64,000 nucleotides of DNA from Eledone cirrhosa (taxonomy: Eukaryota): assembly GCA_964016885.1 (NCBI GenBank), contig OZ024746.1:37510001-37574000 (forward strand). Reading direction: 5' to 3'. Numbering within the stretch: position 1 is the first letter of the stretch; every line of letters begins with the position of its first letter. A program made the translations under genes and the position numbers. The notes beneath the pieces are model-generated. The model was not told the DNA's origin, did no database searches, and saw nothing but the letters and a program-made list of their open reading frames with translations. Shown piece by piece: positions 29,151 to 43,334 of this stretch.

Positions 29151-32100
29151 GATATTAAACAAATGGAAATTACATTTATAAAACCATATTTATTTCATTA
29201 TATATATTTCAGGGATATCATATTAAAAATATGGTATGCCCTCTTCAGACAATATACAATATATAGACAGTTTTATAAATAAATTTGACATACCTTAGAG
29301 TTTACAACTTCCATTTAAAAAGTTGTTACGGTAGTTAAAATGTTAAGGACCGTTAGAAAGAAAGACGGAGAAAAAAAGGAAAAAAGGAAAAAGAAAAAGA
29401 AGGAGAAAAGAAAAAAAAGAAAAAGAAAAAGAAAGAGCGGAAGGTGAAGAAGATGAAGAAATGTATGTAAAGGGAAAACCACCAGATGAGATATCTATGA
29501 GGGAAGGGGGTACTGTAATTATTCATTTGTTTATTTATTTATTTAGTGTTAAGGATACGGGGAGAAATAAAAAACAAAAATAAATAAGGAGAGGTAGATC
29601 GAGTAATATCTATTATACGAGGTGGGAGAGATAGGGGAGGGGTGATATACAGGAGATGGAGTTAAAACAGCCGATATAAGAGTAGAGGTAGGAGGAGAGG
29701 AGATATACATAGAAACAAAAATGATAGTTTTAAAATATTATGTTTCATCAGTCTATCAATTCCTATGAATTATAATGTAAACATCAATATTCATGAATGA
29801 GACACATATCAATAATGTGTGAAAAAATAGTGACTCTATGTTTATTCTAAAAATTCATAGGTTTATAATCAAAATCTGAGATAAAACCTCAAAAAATACT
29901 GGAATACATAGGTATATATGTATTTTCATGAAAAAAGAGAAAAGAAGAGAAAGAAAACGAGAAGGTTATATCAAACTGACATTATAGACACATGTGAGTT
30001 TACATGATCAGCTCTGTAAATTTTTATTTCACATGGCAATATTCATTGCGTTAAAAAGATTTTACCATACACATAAGTGTACATACATATATATATATAC
30101 ATAAAATATACATTATTAATAATAATAATATTCTTGCCCTTTCTTACATGATTATTGTACAAGCATAGAATAGAACAGATATCAATATATTAAAATATTA
30201 AAACGCCAAGAATATGTTTCTCCCCAGAATATCTAGGGCCGTAATAAAAACACAGTGTGCCCAGCATATCAATCAATCCCTCCAATTTATTTGACAATAT
30301 TGCCAAGTTTATTAGAAGCAATCAGAGTCAAAAGCAAACAAAACCAAAATTATTCACCAAACTTATTTAGCAGAAATCATTCTAAAAAAACTTTAGGATA
30401 CTCGGTTGTTCTACAGATGCTCTTATATTTATTCTAGAAGTTTATCTAGCTTAAAAATGTTATTCAATAGATTTGGATCATCACCGTTTTAAGGTAGTTT
30501 AATTACATTATTAATTATATATTCATGAAGAAGGTTTAAAGAATTGAAGGAATCGAAAGATTTATGGCCAAGTTTTCTAAAATAATTAAAAGTCTTAAGT
30601 AAATATATTACATTTTAAACTTATATTTATATTTAAAAGTTGAGTTCAATCTATGTCTGCAGCAACTGAATAAATTGGTCCGTAAATAAAGGGAATTTTT
30701 AGATTTTAGTATAAAGAATATCTCCTCTGCGCAGAGGTCACATGTCACAGAGGAGGAATTAAAAGGAATCTCTCTTGAGACTATATTCCAAACCGTCGAA
30801 TATCCAACGTTATCATGTTTAAGTTGCCAGAGTAAGCCTGATAGTGATGTTGAAGATTTTTTGTTTGGATCTGTGAAAGAAATCTTGTGATTATTATAGC
30901 GAAGTTTAAATTCTGTCGAGGTGGAACCAACATAATTAAAATAATTTAAGTCAGTTTTAACATTACAGTTGTATATTATATTTTTAACTAAGCAATTGTT
31001 ATTTAACGGGCATTTAGATCTATCTCTACAGTTACAGTTGTTTACTTGAATATTGTTTATGCTATTATCGGTATTTTGGCTAGGTTTTAGATTTCTATTA
31101 TTTATTCTATTAATATGTTGTGCTAAATTTTTGGTGGACGAGTAGGTTAATTTTATAGTATGTCTATTGAAAATTGAGTGATACTTATGTGTTCTAGGGA
31201 ATTGTTTGTCAAGAGCATTAAAAAAATAGTTTAGCGATGTGGGTTTTAATGTTTAGTGAGAAAGGGGGGGGGGGCAAACCAAATTATGTTTCTAGTTCTA
31301 TTCCTTTTCTGGTTTTGGGAATTATTGTAATTCATTCTATTATAGTTGTTAAAGTTGTTACCGTAATTAAAATTGTTGTTATTTTGGTTAGTTTGTCTAT
31401 TATTATCGATGTGCATAATTTTATCACTATATCCTGCTCTAGCTAGCGCTTCATTGTAATAGTGGGCTTTTTGGTCGAAAATATTTTTATTAGATGAGAT
31501 TCTAGAGATACGTTTTTGAACAGAGTTCACCTTAGTATTTTTAACAGATCTGGGGTGGTTGGAGTTAAAGTTGACATAATTCAAGTTTTCATTTAACTTG
31601 TGAAATGGATAGTGAAGACATCTGTTGAGATTTTATGTTACATCTAGGAAATTGACTATTCTATGGTAATTCTCAATTTCTATTTTTAGATTAAGGTAAT
31701 TAAAAGATTGTATAATTTGTTTTCTTTTTCTATTTAGTTCAGAGTTATTATTTTCAATAAGTAAAAGCATGTCATCCCGATATAATCCTCCGGTAGCACC
31801 GGGTATTTTCCTATGCAGCGAATTAATTATAAATAGGCCCACAAGGTCTGTTACCTGAGCTGAGTCAGATGATCCCATAGTAATGTCAAAATTGCTATCC
31901 CTATCTGCCCTAGTCCATAGTTGGTTATTAAATTCTATCAATGTTTTTCTTGCCGATAGTATAATGTGCATTTCATTGCTAGTTAGGTCTGTATGTTTGA
32001 ATGCATAATTTAGTGCCTTATTTAGTAGGTTAGGGGTAATAGATGAATAGTAGTTAGCAATATCTAGTTGAATAAATTTATTATTATTGTTATATTTAAT

Positions 32101-32657
32101 TTCTTTAAACCACTCTATAACCTCTCCAGTTCCCTTCCACAAGCTTAAGTTAGGTGAACAATTCAAGCTCTTAATTTGCTGTATCACCCTGTCTAGAATG
32201 TTTTTGCTAAGTTTACCCAGGTCAGATTTTGATGGTGGGATCAATCTGACTGGCAAGCCGATTTCATCAAGATCTCTGTTCTCTCTAAGCTCACAATATT
32301 ATCCTTAATGCTTTTCAGATATTCCTGGCCTTTGAAGTTTCTCTTGAATTTGACTCCTTGTATGATAGAGATTATATCGTTTTCAAAATCAATTAAAATT
32401 TTGTTGGGGGTGAATTTTTTTTAGATTTGAAATCTTTATCTAAGTCTGAGACATTTTCATTTGTATTAGATTTATCAAAGTGGAATGCACGCCACCTGAT
32501 TCTCCTTATAAAAGAGTCTGATTTATCTATTAATTGTTTAATAAAGTCTTTGTTTCTAGGTAGAAGTATGTATTTTAAAGAAGAATAGATCTTAAAGAAT
32601 TCCATTTTTTCAGTTATAATATAAAGCGCTCAACAGTATTGGAGCAAAAAATATGCT
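29148..32657 (-). mobile_element. PLE, left (minus) arm of inverted pair; retains ATG at 32605; disrupted ORF ~30590-32605
   Basis: MEFFKIYSSLKYILLP...FIRRIRWRAFHF N-terminus, RT motifs (MGSSDSAQVTDLVGL, GGLYRDD), EN (CNC..CP..C, YVGST, CDLCAEE); several frameshifts. Confidence 0.93.
29192..29255 (-). ncRNA. Minimal type I hammerhead ribozyme in PLE 3' end
   Basis: Minus strand TTGT-CTGAAGA-GGG...CCT-GAAA-TATATA-TA-ATGAA. Confidence 0.78.
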
Positions 32658-35600
32658 AAACGATATAATCTCTATCATACAAGGAGTCAAATTCAAGAGA
32701 AACTTCAAAGGCCAGGAATATCTGAAAAGCATTAAGGATAATATTGTGAGCTTAGAGAGAACAGAGATCTTGATGAAATCGGCTTGCCAGTCAGATTGAT
32801 CCCACCATCAAAATCTGACCTGGGTAAACTTAGCAAAAACATTCTAGACAGGGTAATACAGTAAATTAAGAGCTTGAATTGTTCACCTAACTTAAGCTTG
32901 TGGAAGGGAACTGGAGGGGTTATAGAGTGGTTTAAAGAAATTAAATATGACAATAATAATAAATTTATTCAACTAGATATTGCTAACTACTATTCATCTA
33001 TTACCCCTAACCTACTAAATAAGGCACTAAATTATGCATTCAAACATACAGACCTAACTAGCAATGAAATGCACATTATACTATCGGCAAGAAAAACATT
33101 GATAGAATTTAATAACCAACTATGGACTAGGGCAGATAGGGATAGCAATTTTGACATTACTATGGGATCATCTGACTCAGCTCAGGTAACAGACCTTGTG
33201 GGCCTATTTATAATTAATTCGCTGCATAGGAAAATACCCGGTGCTACCGGAGGATTATATCGGGATGACATGCTTTTACTTATTGAAAATAATAACTCTG
33301 AACTAAATAGAAAAAGAAAACAAATTATACAATCTTTTAATTACCTTAATCTAAAAATAGAAATTGAGAATAACCATAGAATAGTCAATTTCCTAGATGT
33401 AACATTAAATCTCAACAGATGTCTTCACTATCCATTTCACAAGTTAAATGAAAACTTGAATTATGTCAACTTTAACTCCAACCACCCCAGATCTGTTAAA
33501 AATACTAAGGTGAACTCTGTTCAAAAACGTATCTCTAGAATCTCATCTAATAAAAAAAAAGCCCACTATTACAATGAAGCGCTAGCTAGAGCAGGATATA
33601 GTGATAAAATTATGTACACCGATAATAATAGACAAACTAACCAAAATAACAACAATTCTAATTACGGTAACAACTTTAACAACTATAATAGAATGAATTA
33701 CAATAATTCCCAAAACCAGAAAAGGAATAGAACTAGAAACATAATTTGGTTTGCCTCCCCCCCCCCTTTCTCACTAAACATTAAAACCCACATCGCTAAA
33801 CTATTTTTTAATGCTCTTGACAAACGATTCCCTAGAACACATAAGTATCACTCAATTTTCAATAGACATACTATAAAATTAACCTACTCGTCCACCAAAA
33901 ATTTAGCACAAAATATTAATAGAATAAATAATAGAAATCTAAAACCTAGCCAAAATACCGATAATAGCATAAACAATATTCAAGTAAACAACTGTAACTG
34001 TAGAGATAGATCTAAATGCCCGTTAAATAACAATTGCTTAGTTAAAAATATAATATACAACTGTAATGTTAAAACTGACTTAAATTATTTTAATTATGTT
34101 GGTTCCACCTCGACAGAATTTAAACTTCGCTATAATAATCACAAGATTTCTTTCAAAGATCCAAACAAAAAATCTTCAACATCACTATCAGGCTTACTCT
34201 GGCAACTTAAACATGATAACGTTGGATAGTCGACGGTTTGGTATATAGTCTCAAGAGAGATTCCTTTTAATTCCTCCTCTGTGACATGTGACCTCCGCGC
34301 AGAGGAGATATTCTTTATACTAAAATCTAAAAATTCCCTTAATTTACGGACCAATTTATTCAGTTGCTGCAGACATAGATTGAACTCAACTTTTAAATAT
34401 AAATATAAGTTTAAAATGTAATATATTTACTTAAGACTTTTAATTATTTTAAAAAACTTGGCCATAAATCTTTCGATTCCTTCAATTCTTTAAACCTTCT
34501 TCATGAATATATAATTAATAATGTAATTAAACTACCTTAAAACGGTGATGATCCAAATCTATTGAATAAAATGTTTAAGCTAGACAATCTTCTAGAATAA
34601 ATATAAGAGCATCTGTAGAACAACCGAGTATCCTAAAGTTTTTTTAGAATGATTTCTGCTAAATAAGTTTGGTGAATAATTTTGGTTTTGTTTGCTTTTG
34701 ACTCTGATTGCTTCTAATAAACTTGGCAATATTGTCAAATAAATTGGAGGGATTGATTGATATGCTGGGCACACTGTGCTTTTATTACGGCCCTAGATAT
34801 TCTGGGGAGAAAAATATTCTTGGCGTTTTTAATATTTTAATCTATTGATATCTGTTCTATGCTATGCTTGTACGATAATCATGTAAGAAATGGCAAGAAT
34901 ATTATTATTATTAATAATGTATATTTTATGTATATATATATATGTATGTACACTTATGTGTATGGTAAAATCTTTTTAACGCAATGAAGATTTCCATGTG
35001 AAATAAAAATTTACAGAGCTGATCATGTAAACTCACATGTGTCTATAATGTCAGTTTGAGATAACCTTCTCTTTTTCTTTCTCTATTCTCTTTTTCATGA
35101 AAATACATATATACCTATGTATTCCAGTATTTTTTGAGGTTTTATCTCAGATTTTGATTATAAACCTATGAATTTTTAGAATAAACATAGAGTCACTATT
35201 TTTTCACACATTATTGATATGTGTCTCATTCATGAATATTGATGTTTACATTATAATTCATAGGAATTGATAGACTGATGAAAACTATCATTTTTGTTTC
35301 TAAGTATATCTCCCCTCCTCCTACCTCTACTCTTATATCGGCTGTTTTAACTCCATCTCCTGTATATCACCCCTCCCCTATCTCTCCCACCTCGTATAAT
35401 AGATATTACTCGATCTACCTCTCCTTATTTATTTTTGTTTTTTATTTCTCCCCGTATCCTTAACACTAAATAAATAAATAAACAAATGAATAATTACAGT
35501 ACCCCCTTCCCTCATAGATCTCTCATCTGGTGGTTTTCCCTTTACATACATTTCTCCATCTTCTTCACCTTCCGCTCTTTCTTTTTCTTTTTCTTTTTTT

Positions 35601-35950
35601 CTTTTCTCCTTCTTTTTCTTTTTCCTTTTTTCCTTTTTTTCTCCGTCTTTCTTTCTAACTGTCCTTAACATTTTCACTACCGTAACAACTTTTTAAATGG
35701 AAGTTGTAAACTCTAAGGTATGTCAAATTTATTTATAAAACTGTCTATATATTGTATTTTGTCTGAAGAGGGCATACCATATTTTTAATATGATATCCCT
35801 GAAATATATATAATGAAATAAATATGGTTTTATAAATGTAATTTCCATTTGTTTAATATCGTAAAACACTCCAAAATCTGTTGAGTGCTTTTATATCAGT
35901 TATAAAATATTTCCTCGTTGTAACCCAACATTTTAAATAAAACTTTTGCA
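32658..35950 (+). mobile_element. PLE, right (plus) arm of inverted pair, 5'-truncated, with 87-bp tail (35864-35950); ORF remnant 32874-34229, EN continues to ~34420 past a stop
   Basis: Near-identical reverse complement of 29148-32382; RT and GIY-YIG motifs; ends in (TA)n. Confidence 0.93.
35756..35819 (+). ncRNA. Minimal type I hammerhead ribozyme in PLE 3' end
   Basis: ATTTTGT-CTGAAGA-GGGCATACCATATT..AATATGATATCCCT-GAAA-TATATA-TA-ATGAAAT, sense to ORF. Confidence 0.8.
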
Positions 35951-35967
35951 TATATATATATATACAT

Positions 35968-36007
35968 ATAGGAACCAGTAAGACCCCGGGGTCTTACTGG
36001 TTCCTAT
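35968..36007. repeat. Perfect 40-bp palindrome without loop
   Basis: ATAGGAACCAGTAAGACCCC|GGGGTCTTACTGGTTCCTAT. Confidence 0.95.
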
Positions 36008-36084
36008 TACCCACTCTACTACCCTAAGTATTGAGAACTTTGGTGCGTTATGGTCCACTTGGTTCCTTACCACATTTCATTCGT

Positions 36085-36127
<43 letters not shown>

Positions 36128-36620
36128 AGAGAGAGAGAGAGAGGGAGACTTATATATCCCTATATATATATGTGTTTGTGTGTATGTAAGTATGTGTGTA
36201 TATACACGCACATTTATGTGGTGATAGTGGTGATGAGAAGCGTTTGTGCCCCAATAAGCTTGCTTGGTTTACAGTATGTTCGTTTTGTTCTTTGTTATTT
36301 TTTTTTTGCAATGAAATTGAAATGCATGTTAATCTAATAATGTTAACGACGTAAGCAGAAACAACAAATTTCTTTTTAAAGTAAACACACCTTCATGTCT
36401 GAAATTGCTATTCCCTTGCTACATAAATATGAGGTGATATTCACAAATCTTATTATATGTCGTTGGTTAAAACTGCAGAAAATAGATGAACACCTCCATG
36501 ATGATAAGTGAGATGTGACAAAAAATCCAAATTAACTATTTCTATGCATATTGCTAATTAGTTTCCTCATGAATTATTTAAGTGTGTCACTTAAAAGTAA
36601 ATACTTAAATACTACGCGTA

Positions 36621-36621
36621 A

Positions 36622-36700
<79 letters not shown>
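36621..36700. repeat. (TAG)n microsatellite
   Basis: Direct. Confidence 0.97.
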
Positions 36701-36701
<1 letters not shown>

Positions 36702-38431
36702 ATTTTGACGCAACAATTACAACTGAACTGATTTACAAAATCAAAGCTTATTTCCCAAATAATTCAAAACTTATAAATGTCGTAATTAAAAGTTTATCGC
36801 ATATACTCTGTACGGCTGAGAACTCTTATAAATATATTTCAATAAAGTAAAAGGAGCCAATTTTTTATTATTTGAATTGGAGATTGTTTTAAAGTGATTA
36901 ATAAAGTGGTAAAATTCCCTCTAAAACCTTTAGTGTTATCTTAGACATGCATCTCGTGTGTACCTATTTTAGTAGACAATTCCCTTATGTTTATTATTGT
37001 TTCACAAATTAGCCACGTACAGTTCTCTTGTTTGATTCTTACCCCACATAAGAAGAAGGTATCATATCTTTTAATAACATTTTTTTACTAGATACAGCTG
37101 TAACCTAGAAGCAAAGTGATTTACAAATATGGTATGGGTTGCTTTTGCTATTAGTCTTTCCTCGACGCTTAATATCTTGAAATTGACCCATCTACTCACT
37201 CAACGTTATCTCTCTATTTCCCTATCTTTCTGTCACTCTCCCTCTCTCTCCCAATCTCCACTCTCTCCCTCTAAGTTCTCACCAAGGACCTTAGCTACTC
37301 TAGAGAGGTGTATGTAAATAATAGTGATAGCTACACTGATGAGGTGTATGTAAATAATAGTGTAGTTATACGTCTTTCATTAAATATGCGGGATCAAAAT
37401 GCCAAATATGTGTTTAGATTTATGTGGTGAAAATGGTGGCATAGTGATATGTTGCTTAAGCACATGTGCCTACGTTATGAATCAACATTTGGATTGGCAA
37501 CAAAGGTATGAGATAATCTGTTATGTTTTCAGATTCTGCTATCAAATTGGAAAACTGTGGAGTTTAATGCAGTTCATTCATAATACATCTAAAATTTATG
37601 AAATAAACGTTTTCGCCTTCGATGAAAAATTCATCAACTCTAGAATATACATACCAGTCAAATGAAGCGGGTGCATTGATAAAAGCTACAAATGCCTTCC
37701 AAATACACATACACATGGGACATCTCACCAAGCTATAAGGGTCATACGACTCGGCAACAACTATAAATCGCATGGGCATGACAATCAATTATTTACCCAA
37801 GGATTTTCAACGAATCTATAAATAAACATCATATCTAAGGACATTTCACAAGTGTTTTAATAGCGATATTTTATATAAAAATGATTTCCATATGAAAGCT
37901 TATCTATTCATTATACCTAGGGTCCTACTGAAGGCTGAACCAAATTCAGAGTATTTCAAAGGATATTAGTGTATCAATCTATAAAATAAAAATATGTGTG
38001 TATATGCCAATCGTTTTTCTTTTTCATAATTTCATAATAAATGCTCGGATTTATTCCTCAAAATCTTTCTTAGAGCTTTCCGTACAAGTGATATAGAGCT
38101 TGTCTGAAATTCTGTCAAACCTGACATCCTTATTCTTGTTTTGGCTGCGATTCCCAGCTTTCAGGTCACCGGGACAATGTTGAGACGTATTGGATTAAAA
38201 CCATGTTCGTTATTTTTCAGTATCGGATTTGTATTAAAGTTGTGAGTTTATAGTTCAATTTGCTTCTCACTGTTGATCCATAGAATCGGCTATCGAACTT
38301 GGCCATTTAATTGGTGAAACATATTCTTAAACAATAATTGTGTACTAAACTTATATTCACTTAAAAATAATTTTTAAATAATTAAAATATACGCAGACTT
38401 GTATATAAAGTGAAATGAGACTGGAAGTCTC

Positions 38432-38497
<66 letters not shown>

Positions 38498-38518
38498 GTG
38501 TAAGTATGGATAAATAAA

Positions 38519-38555
<37 letters not shown>

Positions 38556-38600
38556 GCATATAGATCACAGACACCCACATGTTTATACACATACAGACAC

Positions 38601-38721
<121 letters not shown>

Positions 38722-39599
38722 TGTGTGAGTGTGTGTGAGTGTGTGTGAACTATATGTATATATATATAGTAATAATCAAATTGAAGACTAAAATCCATAT
38801 ATATATACACAACACACAACCGGCTCTCTTCCATTCTCTTTCTCTGTCTCCTCACCCTCTCTCTATGTCTCTCATTCAATCTACTCTGGCACAACCATTA
38901 GCTCTCTCTTTATAGTCTCTCTCTTTATAGTCTCTCTCTTTATTTATGAAGTTACCTGGAAAAGCGCGTGCTCCGATTTACGCGATCCTTGTTTTATTCA
39001 ATTTGTATCCCTTTTCAGGTGCAACTTCTTCTCAAAGTATTTTCCTATTATGCGCCATTTTGGCTGTATTACATTACAGCAAGCTAGCAAGCAAGCAATC
39101 ACAGAATGTTAGTATTATATAGATGTATCAGAAGATATGAATTATGAATGAATGTCAGGTGTTTACAATTTTCTTAAATTTAAATGTGCCACCTTTCGGA
39201 ATTAGATTTATGTTCTTACTTTCATTGTAAATTGTATCCTGTTAATGTTTGATATATTTTAATATATGTGAATCGTTTTTCAGTTTGCTTATACGTGTTC
39301 GGATTTATTTGTTAGAGTCTTTCTCATAGATGATATCAATTATATATATATCTTTCTCATAGATAATATATATATATTCTCGGTATTACCGTCCTATTCG
39401 GATGTATGAGGGTTCAATAATGTTCTCAGTTCATGTTTTATGGTAATAACTAAAATGACACTGCAATCCAGCTTTTGATTTACATATCAAGTCATATTTA
39501 GAGCAGCTCATGCAAATTGAGCAGGACAGCATGAAATGTTTGATCGGATCTTAGTGTTAATTCTTAGAATACGAAGATATTTTGAAAAAAATCTTCATA

Positions 39600-40760
39600 A
39601 CATCATGACATACATTTCTCCATTTTTGACCACATTTTGGGGGAATTGCAGGTGAGAATGCCATCTTCCCCAGGCATTTTATTGGATATCAATTCCTTTA
39701 TAGTGGCTTGCACTTCATGCAAGCTTGAATTGAATGCTAAGTAATGTATCTGTGGTTTATGTGCAATAAATGATATTACATGATCATCTATGATTTACTC
39801 AATATTTAGTTCCATTTCAATGTTCTCCTTCAACCGAGAGAGTAACTCACCTTTGTCTGCCTATGTGCTTGTACCATCAGAAGATAGATCTGCATTTAAT
39901 CTGCCCTCCTACAGATCATACAGCAGACTCAGGCAATTAAAAGTCCTTTCTATCGGCAGTTTCTTGTAGTGCAACTGCATTAGCAACCGACCAAGTTCCC
40001 TTCATCTTTGTAAGTGAGAACTGAGATTGCTGCTTATAATTTAAATGGGCCATCTTTGTAGTTGATTAGTTTTTATCTCAAATCCATCGGTTATGCATCT
40101 GCTTTCATCAAACCAATACTGGCATTTTCCCACACAAAAGCATTGCGCACTTTTAGGAAAACCTCAAAGTCATCAGATCTGGACAAAGATGAGGGATGTG
40201 TGAAGGATTTTAGAAAACTCCTGTCATATGTTAGGCTTTTGGAGACACATTTTTGGGGGAAGATTAAAAATATCATTCTGTGCACCAGTGCCTGATGCGA
40301 GCGTTAGCAAGAAGAATCAAAAAGCAGCGGGCTTTTACAAATACTTTAGATACTAACTGTGTGTGAATAAACAGTAAATCATGTGCAGATATTGTGATCT
40401 AGGTTGCATCCATGCTGCCGTAAGGATTTGTGGATTGTTGCAAAAAACTATAGAAATGCTATGGTCAAATTTCTTGAAGAACGAAACAGCTTAAGCCCGA
40501 CTCCATCCAACCTAAGGACGGCATGCTATGTTTGATAGGTATTTCCAACTAAACATTGAAATCACCCATTACATTGAGATGTGTCGCTGAGTGACGGCAT
40601 CTATATGAAGCTCGTCATAGAATGTTATGATATCTTGTTCAGATGAATATGGAATTAGGGCATAACACCTCACATGTGTAACAAAATCGATGTTTGCTAG
40701 ATCAAGAGTCATAATATCATCACTAACACATTTGGGGAATGATGTTAGAGATCTAGATAT
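39600..40760 (-). mobile_element. Heavily decayed LINE (RTE-like) fragments
   Basis: Minus-strand peptide VRCYALIPYSSEQDIITFYDEL resembles APE 'YAPT...FY.EL'; GEDGI motif near 39670; boundaries approximate. Confidence 0.45.
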
Positions 40761-41686
40761 ATCTGATCTAATGATAAAACCAGCATAAATGTGACGATGA
40801 TCTTCCCTTTTACGGAGAAGAAATATGTGCACCCTTCTCCTATGTCTACTACTTTGATTGTGCCATATCCTTGGATTTCACTTATGGCACATATATCGAT
40901 ATTGTATATATTGCTTGCATTGCAAATGAGAGCTGATCTTGGTTCGAAATTTGAACTGCGGTCACGGAGTGTATTAACATTCCTGAATCCAATGGTTTAA
41001 TGTTTTGTTTTGTTTCACACGTATATTCGTATAGACAAACAGTTCATTTCAATAGAGGGAAATAGCCATTAAAAATTGTGTGGTTCTATTTATCATCTCT
41101 TTCCCTTTATATTCCATATTGCTCCGGCTTTTGTAAACTTAAAATGAATCAGAAATAACCAGGATAAAATTACATTAGATTTTGTTAATTGATGTATGAC
41201 TGTTTCTTTCAATAGAGTAGTAAGTACTATGTTAATCCTCTGTAATGATTTCTTTATCGACCGTATATCCGAACATCTCCATTTCGAAAAAATAGTTGAG
41301 AAGATCGTTGAAAATGTTGGAAAATTAATCGCACGAATTAAAATGATTTCATAATAACGTGCAATAATTATTCTGACTCTTAAACATAATAGACGTATAT
41401 TAGCCTCAAATAAACATTATAGTAATAAAATTACAGCGTATAAATTTACGTATTAATTGAAGCAACAATAAATTCTCGTACTAACATTAATAAAGTCTTA
41501 TGAAATCTCATGAAAAACAATACAGTCATTCTGGGAGTTTAATTAAGTAATAATATATCAACCAGGAAGATTAATTATAATTATTAAGAAACTAATAGCC
41601 TAAAAGGTGTCTTTATACAATAAAGTTATCAGTGTACATTAAACAAAACACATTAGGCTACACACACACACACACACCTACACACA

Positions 41687-41780
<94 letters not shown>

Positions 41781-41783
<3 letters not shown>

Positions 41784-42095
41784 CTGAATTTGTTTAGCAA
41801 GATTCTTTATCCGAAATCGTGTGTTGAAACCGATATTGTTATACTTTGGGAGGGTCATGTTGCCAATAAGAAACACACGCACCAGTTGCTTTCACTTCAA
41901 TTTATTATAATAAATTTATAATAAATTTATAAATTTATAAATTCCTGGTTGGTTGGTTGGCTCCACAACCAGATAGTTGTTTATATGATGTCATAGTTCT
42001 TTCGTCACACACTCTGTGACCTCTTTATTATAATAAATTGAAGTGAAAGCAATTGGTGCGTGTTTCTTAGTGGCAACATGACCCTCCCAAAGTAT

Positions 42096-42103
<8 letters not shown>
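41781..42103. mobile_element. Asymmetric fold-back mini-element, family C
   Basis: 41833-41915 inverted at ~42025-42103; left arm has ~52-bp tail; (TA)n on both sides. Confidence 0.78.
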
Positions 42104-42982
<879 letters not shown>

Positions 42983-43000
42983 TATATATATATATATATT

Positions 43001-43334
43001 TATAAAGAAAAATAGATGTAATCGAAAATGCAACTGGTGTTTTATTTTTAAAAATATATATATATTTATTTTTGGTTCCTTTACCCGTTTCGCAGTTCTT
43101 CTGTGGTTTTTCTCACATCTAATGTCAGAAAAACCACAGACCCCCCATCTCAACTCTACTTTTGAAAAGCAGAAGAACTGCGAAAGCGGTAAAGGAACCA
43201 AATATATATATATATTTTTTTTTTAAATAAGACTGCAGTTGCATTTTCGGTTTCATTTTTTTTTCTTTATACTTTCACTCGTGTAGGACACCTCGGTTAC
43301 TTTTCATTTTGTAAAAAAAAACCCTACTTTCTAA
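43001..43334. mobile_element. Asymmetric fold-back mini-element, family B
   Basis: 43001-43103 inverted at ~43170-43271; right arm has tail; homologous to 53815-54082; (TA)n flanks. Confidence 0.8.
43159..43194 (+). ncRNA. Hammerhead-like motif, U3:A8 core variant
   Basis: CTT-TTGAAAA-GCAG-AAGAA-CTGC-GAAA-(G/C)CGG-TA-AAG. Confidence 0.55.

Noticed and set aside
30255-30437. Identical 60-aa ORF also at 34592-34774
   Set aside because: Consequence of the inverted duplication; antisense to the PLE 3' UTR with no coding features
38948-39028. Imperfect hairpin (GAAGTTACCTGGAAAAG / CTTTTCAGGTGCAACTTC)
   Set aside because: Short, imperfect and single copy; insufficient for a pre-miRNA or MITE call
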